Translations under genes and position numbers: made by a program
NCBI GenBank assembly: GCA_001805445.1
Contig: MHGF01000034.1
Coordinates: 166,451-230,450, forward strand
From: Omnitrophica WOR_2 bacterium GWF2_43_52
GTDB lineage: Bacteria > Omnitrophota > Gorgyraeia > Gygaellales > UBA12090
Length of the DNA: 64,000 nt
Direction: 5' to 3'
Shown: positions 29,668-38,005 of the stretch, in pieces
Position numbering within the stretch: the stretch's first letter is position 1
How the letters are laid out: each line of letters starts with the position of its first letter
Notes under the pieces: model-generated
Told to the model about the DNA's origin: nothing
Databases searched by the model: none
What the model saw: the letters and a program-made list of their open reading frames with translations, nothing else

Positions 29668-30609
29668 GGGGTCAGGTCTTGAATATTGACAATTACCTTC
29701 TGATTTGATAAAATAAATTTTAATGGCCAGACCATTAAGAATAGAATATAGCGGTGCTATCTATCATGTAACGAGCCGGGGAAACGCCGGGAATCCTATT
29801 TTCTTAGATGAAGAAGATAGGATTATTTTTTTAAGGATACTTGCGCATACTGTAAAGCGTTATAATTGGCTCTGCCATGCTTACTGTATGATGAATAATC
29901 ACTATCATTTGATTATCGAGACACCCGACGGCAATCTAGCCAGAGGAATGAGACAGCTCAATGGGGTGTATACGCAGATATTAAATGTTCGCTATAAGCG
30001 GCATGGGCACCTGTTTCAGGGCAGATATAAAGCTATACTGATACAAAAGGAAAACTATCTTCTTGAAGTATGCCGGTATGTGGTATTAAACCCGGCAAGA
30101 GCAAAAATGACCAGAAAGCCCGAGGAGTGGAAATGGAGTAGTTACTCTGCGACTGCAGGCTTACGCAAGGCCCAGGCATTCCTTGTTACGGATTGGATCT
30201 TAGGCCAGTTTAATGAGAATAGATTTTTAGCACAACAATGTTATCGTAAATTTGTGCAGGATGGAATCGAAAAGAATTCGATCTGGAGAGAACTTCGAAG
30301 CCAAAGCATATTAGGGGAGAATGTGTTTATTAAAAAGATAGTAAGCTATATAAATAAAAATAATACACTTACGGAAATACCTCGAGTTCAGCGATACATA
30401 GGAAGACCAAGTCTCGAGGAACAGTTTAAAAATGTTACGGCTCTTGATAAGAAGTGCCGAGAACAAAAAATAACTGAAGCGGTAGAGAAATACGGTTATA
30501 GCCAGAAAGAGGTTGCTGATTTTATAGGATTACATTATTCAATGGTGAGTAAATTGATGCGCTTTTCTGAAGATCAAAAGTGAGAAATCAAGATTCAAGA
30601 CCTGACCCC
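29668..30609. mobile_element. RAYT/IS200-like Y1 transposase unit flanked by perfect 17-bp inverted repeats
   Basis: GGGGTCAGGTCTTGAAT at 29668-29684 and its exact reverse complement ATTCAAGACCTGACCCC at 30593-30609 bracket the transposase gene. Confidence 0.65.
29723..30583 (+). CDS. IS200/IS605-family (RAYT-like) HUH tyrosine transposase with C-terminal DnaA-C-like HTH
   Basis: HUH motif NHYHLII, catalytic-Tyr region RYVVLNPARAKM, COG1943-like N-terminus RIEYSGAIYHVTSRGN. Confidence 0.75.
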   Translation: MARPLRIEYSGAIYHVTSRGNAGNPIFLDEEDRIIFLRILAHTVKRYNWLCHAYCMMNNHYHLIIETPDGNLARGMRQLNGVYTQILNVRYKRHGHLFQGRYKAILIQKENYLLEVCRYVVLNPARAKMTRKPEEWKWSSYSATAGLRKAQAFLVTDWILGQFNENRFLAQQCYRKFVQDGIEKNSIWRELRSQSILGENVFIKKIVSYINKNNTLTEIPRVQRYIGRPSLEEQFKNVTALDKKCREQKITEAVEKYGYSQKEVADFIGLHYSMVSKLMRFSEDQK

Positions 30610-30688
30610 TATGCATATGCTACAAGAATTAGCTTGCAATACTTGTATAACAATGTTATACTTACTATTGTAAGAGGAGGATGAGACT

Positions 30689-30907
30689 ATGACGTTATTA
30701 AAAGCATTTCGTTTACCGGTCGAATTAGTTAATAGGTTAGCCTTATTGGCAAAAGCTACGCATCGCAGCGAAACTTTTTATGTTACCAATGCCTTAGCCC
30801 ACTATTTGGAAGACTACGCTGATGCGCAAATTGCCAAAGACCGTTTCAACGATCCCAAATCTAAGATTATCTCAGGCGCGCAACTAAGAAAACAACTCGG
30901 TGTATAA
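30689..30907 (+). CDS. type II antitoxin (RHH/ParD-like) of RelE/ParE pair
   Basis: 72 aa; overlaps the downstream toxin by 8 nt; RBS GAGGAGGATGAG. Confidence 0.55.
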   Translation: MTLLKAFRLPVELVNRLALLAKATHRSETFYVTNALAHYLEDYADAQIAKDRFNDPKSKIISGAQLRKQLGV

Positions 30908-31157
30908 AGTTGCCTATCTTGATTCTGTTGAGGAAGACCTTAAGAAGTTAGATAAGTCTACGGTTAAGAAAATTCTTACCCGTATTGAAACTTATCTCGC
31001 CCACGACCCCAAAGGATTAGGGAAGCCATTAAAAGGCGATTTTCAAGGATATTGGAGATACCGTTGGGGCGACTATCGCGTTATCTATAAAATATCTGAA
31101 CGAGAGATTCTGATTCTTGTTTTGCGTATGAGCAACAGAAAAGATGTATATAGTTAG
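30900..31157 (+). CDS. RelE/ParE-family type II toxin
   Basis: GYWRYRWGDYRVIYKISEREILILVLRMSNRKDVY matches the RelE/ParE consensus. Confidence 0.75.
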   Translation: MYKVAYLDSVEEDLKKLDKSTVKKILTRIETYLAHDPKGLGKPLKGDFQGYWRYRWGDYRVIYKISEREILILVLRMSNRKDVYS

Positions 31158-31197
31158 CTTTTGCTCTGGCCAAAGAAGCGCGCAGTCGGACGGCAAT

Positions 31198-31245
31198 CTG
31201 GGCAATTTTTATTTATCATAAGTGTGGACGAAAACATAGGTGTTT
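31198..31245. repeat. direct repeat copy 2
   Basis: CTGGGCAATTTTTATTTATCATAAGTGTGGACGAAAACATAGGTG; see copy 1 at 25439. Confidence 0.6.
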
Positions 31246-31445
31246 CTTCTATCATGATGTTGAAGGGAATCGGTTGTGTTGTTGGCGCAGCCATATGTGC
31301 GCTGAAGTATCCCAGTAGAGCAACTACTGCACCGTTAAATTAATTTTTATAGGTTAAAGGTGCAGTAAGAGGGGTGTGCCTGCCGGCAGGGAAGTGCGGA
31401 GTTAACCTCGCTATACCCACAAGAATTAAGTTAACGGAGCACTAC

Positions 31446-31856
31446 ATGAGTATGCAAAAAATAAACGCGCGACAATCTATGGTAAAAAAGCTGGGTGTAG
31501 TTTTTATCGTTCTCATGGTAAGCGGCTGCGCTGCTCATTTTAATTTCGCGGGTTTAAAGATGGTGAAGGCATGGACGAATAACCAAAAGGCGTCCGAGGC
31601 TTACCTTGCTAAGCAGAGAACAGGTTTTCTTCTCTTAGCGCAGGATATCCGCGGCAATGCGTTAGAGAAGGGTATTCCTAAGCGAGAACTCATCTTACAC
31701 TATGGCGAGCCGGTATTCTGCCAGGGCATAGGGGGCAAACAAGAAAAATGTTTATACCGGGATCCGACGAAGTTTTCCCGCACCGATAAAGCCTATCTCT
31801 TTTTTAATGAGGACGCGGTACTTCTTTCCTGGGAGTTAATACCTTATGAGGAATAA
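31446..31856 (+). CDS. lipoprotein, hypothetical
   Basis: ATG 31446; lipobox LMVSGCAA; preceded by the 22-mer GAATTAAGTTAACGGAGCACTA. Confidence 0.5.
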   Translation: MSMQKINARQSMVKKLGVVFIVLMVSGCAAHFNFAGLKMVKAWTNNQKASEAYLAKQRTGFLLLAQDIRGNALEKGIPKRELILHYGEPVFCQGIGGKQEKCLYRDPTKFSRTDKAYLFFNEDAVLLSWELIPYEE

Positions 31857-32492
31857 GGGCAGGAAGAGAAAAAAATGAAACAACCCCCCCTGTTTCCCCT
31901 AAAACAAAATGTTATCCGCCGCTGGATATTGCAATCTGAAAAATTTTAAGGTATACTTTCTCTTAGAGAGATATATTTCTTTGAAAAATACCAAACTATT
32001 CTCTTGAAAAGGCAAACTGGCAGTAATGCCGGGGCTCCGCTCTAAACGTGAGCGGGCTCGCCAAGAAATATGGCGAGGCAAAGCGACAGATCCGAATGTT
32101 TATGTTCGGATGGCTGCGTTGCCAAAAGGATAAAGCGTATACCCTCCCTCGATACGTTTTTTAGTATTGAATAAGGTGTATACGAAGCCCAAAGGATTTG
32201 CCGTTGGGCTTTTTTATTTTTTGGTGCCTCCGGTAGTTACAATCCCAGATTTTGTATTAGGTTTTGAGGAAAATGGCCTAAATCTTTGTCAGGACAAGGC
32301 TTGCGAGCAAAAGTACCACAGCCGTACTCGGTGCAGTACGGCGAGGACATTTTTGCGAACAAAACGCAGTCATGGCAAAGAGTTAGAGACATTTTACCAA
32401 AATCCTAATGCAAATTCTGGGATAATAGCCGGGGGCTTTTTACTTTTTGGGCCCGATACGAAATATCTATCGCTGTAGAGGCGCAGCTTACC

Positions 32493-32948
32493 ATGGGTAA
32501 AAACACACTCTTGTGTCTTTTGAGTATCGCCATCTTTACTCTTCTTGCGGCATCTCATGTTTCTGCCCTTGAGATAAACTTAGATGCCATAAAAAGTATT
32601 GAATCCTCCAATAATCCGTTAGCCTATAACGCGAAAACACGCTGTTACGGGTTTTATCAGATTTCAAGAATCTGTCTTCAGGATTATAATGATTTCCATG
32701 GCACTGCTTATCGGGCGAAAGATTTATTTTGTCCGACACTCAACAAGAAAATAGCCGTATGGTACTTTAAAAGAATCGAACAGATGCTGAGATGGTATAC
32801 AATTCCCATTACTATGGTTACGGTACTTGCATCTTATAACTGGGGCATTGGCAATGTGGCGCGCTGGCATGCAGGAGGCGGAGCATTTAAAAACCTGCCC
32901 AAAATGACACAGGCATATATCAGAAAATACAAAATTATCACCGCATAG
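32493..32948 (+). CDS. soluble lytic transglycosylase-domain protein
   Basis: Signal peptide, then IESSNNPLAYNAKTRCYGFYQI (catalytic E-S ... GxxQ motif of family 1 lytic transglycosylases). Confidence 0.6.
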   Translation: MGKNTLLCLLSIAIFTLLAASHVSALEINLDAIKSIESSNNPLAYNAKTRCYGFYQISRICLQDYNDFHGTAYRAKDLFCPTLNKKIAVWYFKRIEQMLRWYTIPITMVTVLASYNWGIGNVARWHAGGGAFKNLPKMTQAYIRKYKIITA

Positions 32949-33205
32949 GGGAAGTGATCCTAAATTTTTAATCTTCCGCAAAATGTATTCACGATCTCTC
33001 ATCACACTTCAGTTGTATGCGGTTAACAGAGAGCAATAATGTTGTTCTCTCAGGCCCAAGGCCAGGCCATTGTTAAGATTATTACAGGGTTTTTTGCGTG
33101 AGAGCTAGAAAGCCTAATCCCTTCAGGATAGGCCTTTTCTTTGCGCTTGACGAAAGTATGGGGATGCTTTACAATACGTATATATTCATATTATGGCGCT
33201 ATACG

Positions 33206-33841
33206 ATGGCAGACGAAAAACAAAGCGGATTAACACAAATACAGGTTGATGCCTTAAGAGAAATCAGCAATATCGGCGCCGGAAGCGCGGTTACTGCTCT
33301 TGCGCAATTTATCAGAAAGCCGGTAGAGCTTGAGCCAACCGCGGAAGTTATTTTTAATAGTACCGCTGATTTTCGCATGCTTTTCGCGGGCATGCCTCTG
33401 GTAAGCGTTGTATCTTCTAAAATTCCCGATAAGATTGCAGGCCATCTCCTTGTAATCTTTGAACAAGAAGATACTGTGTCTTTGGCAAAACTTCTCTTGG
33501 GCGAGCAGGCCTCAAGCGAATTTATTATTACTGATGAGCTTGGTATTTCAGCGATTAAGGAGGTCTCAGGCGTAATGTTTAGCGCTTATTCAGCGGCGAT
33601 GGGAAATATGGCAAGTATGTCGCTGATGATTACTCCTCCATCGTTTGATACCGGCGCTACCACGATGGTGTTTGATGAGCTAAGCGTAAACCAGTCTATC
33701 AAAGAAGAAGAAATTACCATCTGTTTTGAGTCTTCTTTTTCGATTAACGCCGCAATAAGAATACCCGGGTATATGCTTTTTGTGCCTACGCCGGTTTCCT
33801 TGAATGTTCTTCTGAAAAGCTTGGGCGTCAACAATACGTAA
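33206..33841 (+). CDS. CheC-like (CheC/CheX/FliY family) protein
   Basis: LTQIQVDALREISNIGAGSAVTALAQ is the CheC-family signature; ATG 33206. Confidence 0.55.
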   Translation: MADEKQSGLTQIQVDALREISNIGAGSAVTALAQFIRKPVELEPTAEVIFNSTADFRMLFAGMPLVSVVSSKIPDKIAGHLLVIFEQEDTVSLAKLLLGEQASSEFIITDELGISAIKEVSGVMFSAYSAAMGNMASMSLMITPPSFDTGATTMVFDELSVNQSIKEEEITICFESSFSINAAIRIPGYMLFVPTPVSLNVLLKSLGVNNT

Positions 33842-34253
33842 AAAACTTTTCTCGCCATACGCAGTGCCTTTTTTGGTATAGTGTCAGGCGTATCGATAGG
33901 ATTCAGTGTCTTGTGGCTACGTGTTAATAATATCAGCTTTCCCGACTTTGTTGCATGCATTATTTGTAATGCTTTGTTTGCCAATGAGTTCTGATAGATT
34001 TTTACGCATTGATTCACTAACACGAATGCAAACGGATTGTAGCGGATGCAGACAGATTGTTTTTATCCGCGGCATTCGTAACCATCCGTCTGAATCGGTA
34101 TATCTAAAAACACAGGTTCATTAAAAACTATGTTTTATCTTTAACTCAAAAGTTGCAACAAACTTAAGAAACTATCTAATAATATCCTTGCTATTAAGGG
34201 CAGTCTCAGTATATAATAAAACGTTAGTTTTTCATTTACAAGAAAAGTAGTAC

Positions 34254-34337
34254 GCGCGGGTGGTGGAATGGCAGACACGTTAGCATGAGGGGCTAATGCC
34301 GTAAGGTGTGGGGGTTCAACTCCCCCCTCGCGCACCA
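34254..34337 (+). tRNA. tRNA-Leu(GAG): tRNA-Leu (anticodon GAG)
   Basis: Acceptor GCGCGGG/CTCGCGC, anticodon arm TTAGC-ATGAGGG-GCTAA, long variable arm, T arm GGGGG-TTCAACT-CCCCC, then ACCA. Confidence 0.8.
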
Positions 34338-34402
34338 AATTGTACGGTTGCCCACCAAAAAAGACTCTGCTCCCGTAAGGAACAGAAAAATTTCGTGGGC
34401 AA

Positions 34403-34436
34403 CGACAAAAAAGGGTGGACTCCTTTTGAGGAGTCC
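34403..34436. terminator. bidirectional rho-independent terminator
   Basis: Perfect 11-bp stem GGGTGGACTCC/GGAGTCCACCC with an A-tract upstream and T-tract downstream; sits between the tRNA and the 3' end of the minus-strand OST gene. Confidence 0.6.
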
Positions 34437-34548
34437 ACCCTTTTTTACAGTTACCAGAGTGTAATGGCCAGGTTCAATAGTGTAACTTACATGAGGCTAA
34501 CGCGAAGACATCGTTTTAATGAGGCTTTAATGGCAGCGATAGAAAAAA

Positions 34549-37062
34549 CTATTTCTCTCCCCAATCAAGTTCAAACACTTTTACTCCGAATTCGTCATTT
34601 TTCTCTTCTAGAAAAGGCTTAAAGTATTTGAGGCCGCTGCCATTAAGGAAATAGAGGCGGGAAAACATGCTTTGGGCTAATTCCGGGCTGAGGATGATTG
34701 AGAAATACTCGTCTTGTTTCTTAAAAATGAGGACTGAGTAGTTGAAATCACTCTGCGGATACGTGATTTCCTCAAAAGTATTATTATCAAAGAGAAAAAG
34801 GCTCTTGGGCGTAGTGTATTTACCCTGAGAATAGATATGGATAATTTTCTCTTTTGGAGTATAGACAAGGCCGTTGTTAAAGAATACGGTGTTGTTTTGC
34901 TCTTTCGCCTTTTCTAATTCACTGAAAAAAATAGACTTCCTGGAGAGCCAGGCATTAATATCATTTTGGGAAAGTAAGAGAACTTCTCGATACGCGTTGT
35001 TGACGGCTTCAGGAGTGATGCCTTGTTTCGCAAAGTAATCGGAGATTTGCTTCTCTGTCATGGCAGCCGCGTGTTGCGAAAGAAAGACTTTAACAAAATC
35101 CCAATTCCCTAAATACGAAATTGAACTCATTTTTCCTTTCATTGTGGGATCAACAATAAAATAGGCTTTCGGTGGCTTGCGGTAGAGCAAGGAGAATACC
35201 TCTTTACTCAGAGGATCCGGTAAAACGTTTGCCAGCATTTCTTGCGCTTCTTTTGGTTCGGAAAGAATCAGTTTTTCGATAAGGAAAACTGATTGAAAGG
35301 CATCCTTGAGGTGCGCGTTTAAAATCTCAAATACTTTGTTTCCCCCATTATTGAGCATACGCAGAATTCCGATAGCCTCGCGCTCGTTATTGGCGATAAG
35401 GACCCTGGCCATCCAATACGCCTGTGGGTATTGCTGGCTTTGGCCGTCAAAAATGACTTTACGCCTGCAGACGACCTTAAACCAGTCTCCAAAGTCCCAC
35501 CATGAATTAAGCACCGCATCGGGGGGGGTATTTTTCTTGATGTCGGTAAGCACTTGATACCAGGCGTCGTTCATTAAAGGGAAGTTGCCTTGCGCGTATC
35601 GAGAGGTTCTATTAATAATTTCAAAATTTGCCATGCCCCAGACAGCGAGTATGGCGCAGAGGCCTAGTGTGGCCTTTTTATCCCTGAAATGCCGGTATAT
35701 ATCGCTGATGACCCACCCAAGCGCTATTCCTAAAGGAAGAGGCAAAAACATACCAAACCTGCTGCCTTTTGAACAGCCATAAAGAAATGCCATGAGCCAT
35801 ATGAGAAGAAGCATTATGTATTCCCGTTGTTCGCTCCTATAATTCCCATCGCGTATTGTACGTAAGAACAGGTAGAGTAAAGCAATGAGCGAAACAATGA
35901 ATAATGGAATCCCGCAAGAAGCCCTGGCGAGTTCGAAAAAAGTGGCTACCCTTAACTCATCTACGGTATGAAATGTATTTGGCCATATGGATTCTCCTCG
36001 AGGGTTGTTGAGCTGGAACCCCATTTTTAACTCATTGCGCAAGATTTCTAAAGGTTGAGTTCCTGTTATGAAGATAATCCAGAGAACGCATAAAAATAAA
36101 AACAGGATTAAAGTGAAAAGATGTTGTTTTGCCAAAGATAAGGTATTTTCCCGGTCAACGTAGTGTTTAAGGGTTAAATACAGGAATGAAAAAAGTTCAT
36201 AGATAAGGATAATTATTGCAATAAACCACCAGCCTACCCATGTAAAGGATAATAGCCCGACCCAAAAAGAGGCGCAGCATATCCATAGTAAGCGAGATTT
36301 AATGGATACGCTTCCATAGGCCTTGAGGTACGCCCATACCGTCAAAAAGGGGAAGAGTAAATTGAGGATGTCCATATCAAACCATCCCGCAGAGCTATGT
36401 GCTACAAAGGAAGGGGACAGGCCGATGAACATACAGCTTATTATTGCCGCGAGATTACCCCAGCGTTGATAGCAAAAAAGATAGAGTAGGGTTATAAAAA
36501 TCGCGCTAAAGAATAAAGGAAGGTAAAATAAAAACGTAAATAAGGGGATCTGTTTTATTACGATAAAACCTTTATACAAAAACGCGGAAAGATAAAATAA
36601 AAAATGAGAAGAAGCTAATGCATAGCCTGAAGGAGAAAACATCAAGGTGTCAAATTGTTTTCCATCGATGATTATGTCCCCTGGATGGCCTAACCTATAT
36701 ACGTTTTCCACATAACGCGCCCAATGCCAGCAATCTAATTCCATAAGGTACGTTTGCCCGTGTTCATCTTGATAAATATCTTTTAGCCTGTGGTATTCTT
36801 GCCGCAGCTGTTTTTTTATTTCCGGCCCCATCTTCTTTTTGTAATCTGCGAGAAACGCATTGATGAGATTTTGTTTGGCCAGGCCAGAAAGAGAGGGGAA
36901 ACCCTTGTTAATCTGTTGCTGCGCCAGAGTGTAAAGGTTTTGTTCGGTAATGACCTTTGCCTGTTTCCTGAATTGCGGAAAATGTATCGGGAATGACCGG
37001 AAATAGAGATTCATTCCCACCGTAAGGGCTAAGCATAAAAGTAAACGGATGTGTTTTTTCAT
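34549..37062 (-). CDS. STT3/AglB/PglB-family oligosaccharyltransferase-like polytopic membrane protein
   Basis: 837 aa, more than 10 TM helices, conserved WWDFGDW (WWDYG motif of OSTs) ahead of a C-terminal soluble domain. Confidence 0.5.
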   Translation of the reverse strand: MKKHIRLLLCLALTVGMNLYFRSFPIHFPQFRKQAKVITEQNLYTLAQQQINKGFPSLSGLAKQNLINAFLADYKKKMGPEIKKQLRQEYHRLKDIYQDEHGQTYLMELDCWHWARYVENVYRLGHPGDIIIDGKQFDTLMFSPSGYALASSHFLFYLSAFLYKGFIVIKQIPLFTFLFYLPLFFSAIFITLLYLFCYQRWGNLAAIISCMFIGLSPSFVAHSSAGWFDMDILNLLFPFLTVWAYLKAYGSVSIKSRLLWICCASFWVGLLSFTWVGWWFIAIIILIYELFSFLYLTLKHYVDRENTLSLAKQHLFTLILFLFLCVLWIIFITGTQPLEILRNELKMGFQLNNPRGESIWPNTFHTVDELRVATFFELARASCGIPLFIVSLIALLYLFLRTIRDGNYRSEQREYIMLLLIWLMAFLYGCSKGSRFGMFLPLPLGIALGWVISDIYRHFRDKKATLGLCAILAVWGMANFEIINRTSRYAQGNFPLMNDAWYQVLTDIKKNTPPDAVLNSWWDFGDWFKVVCRRKVIFDGQSQQYPQAYWMARVLIANNEREAIGILRMLNNGGNKVFEILNAHLKDAFQSVFLIEKLILSEPKEAQEMLANVLPDPLSKEVFSLLYRKPPKAYFIVDPTMKGKMSSISYLGNWDFVKVFLSQHAAAMTEKQISDYFAKQGITPEAVNNAYREVLLLSQNDINAWLSRKSIFFSELEKAKEQNNTVFFNNGLVYTPKEKIIHIYSQGKYTTPKSLFLFDNNTFEEITYPQSDFNYSVLIFKKQDEYFSIILSPELAQSMFSRLYFLNGSGLKYFKPFLEEKNDEFGVKVFELDWGEK

Positions 37063-37063
37063 A

Positions 37064-37996
37064 TTATTCTTTTCGCTTATCCCTGATGTAATTTGAACGT
37101 TCCAAACTTTTCGCGGCAGATTTGAGCTCGGCGCCTATTTCGTTGATTTGGGCAACATGGCTGATATGGTGGTATTCATTGGTAATGACCCCTATGGAAA
37201 TAGAAAGGAGCGGGATTTTCTGTAGCTGGCCTTTACGGTCATGGGCCATGATGTAGCCGTTTTTGGCATCTTCAGGAGCATAAAAATTAGGAGCACAGGT
37301 GTCGAATTCATCGATTATTTTTTGGCAGATTACATCTGCCGCCGAGGGAGTAGTGATAAATACAAAATCGTCGCCGCCAATGTGGCCGATAAAATCATCG
37401 CTGTTGCCGCAGGCGCTGATGGAGCGGATAATGATGCGCGCCGTTTCCCTGATGGCCTCATCTCCGTGCTCAAAGCCGTATTTGTCGTTATAGGATTTAA
37501 ACTTATCCAGATCCGCGTAGCCGACAGCAAACGGAGATTTTTTATCGATACGGTTCTGGAGCTCGTTGATTATTGAAATATTCCCCGGAAGGCGGGTAAG
37601 GGGATTTGCCTCGAGGTCGCGCTCAGTGCGCCTTAAGATCATGCGGATACGCGCTAGAAGTTCTTTTGGCTCAAATGGTTTTACAATATAATCATCAGCG
37701 CCCGCGTCAATGCCTTCTACTTTGTCCATGAGATCGCCTTTTCCGGTAAGCATAATGACCGGAAGATGGCGTAACAAGATATCTTTTTTAAGCCTGCGGC
37801 AAACCTCTCTTCCGTCAATATAGGGCATTTTATAATCCAAGATTACCAGGTCAGGGGACTTGCTTTGAGCGGCCTTGAGCCCTTCACTTCCGTCACAGGC
37901 CTCGATCACTTCATAGTCTTCTTCCGCAAGGGTTAATTTTAGTATGTCCCGGATATCGTCTTCGTCATCAACAATCAGTATGCGAGGTTTCTTCAT
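37064..37996 (-). CDS. response regulator with receiver and GGDEF-type domain (GGDDF variant)
   Basis: REC motifs (IVDDE..., D in LVILDYKMP), then GGDEF domain with HIGGDDFVF. Confidence 0.7.
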   Translation of the reverse strand: MKKPRILIVDDEDDIRDILKLTLAEEDYEVIEACDGSEGLKAAQSKSPDLVILDYKMPYIDGREVCRRLKKDILLRHLPVIMLTGKGDLMDKVEGIDAGADDYIVKPFEPKELLARIRMILRRTERDLEANPLTRLPGNISIINELQNRIDKKSPFAVGYADLDKFKSYNDKYGFEHGDEAIRETARIIIRSISACGNSDDFIGHIGGDDFVFITTPSAADVICQKIIDEFDTCAPNFYAPEDAKNGYIMAHDRKGQLQKIPLLSISIGVITNEYHHISHVAQINEIGAELKSAAKSLERSNYIRDKRKE

Positions 37997-38005
37997 AATG
38001 GTTCC

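Noticed and set aside
31161-31343. 60-aa ORF overlapping direct-repeat copy 2
   Set aside because: It coincides with the repeat and with the promoter region of the lipoprotein gene, and has no RBS.
34141-34622. ORFs 34141-34338 (-) and 34308-34622 (+) called by the six-frame track
   Set aside because: They overlap tRNA-Leu and the bidirectional terminator hairpin and are almost certainly not coding.
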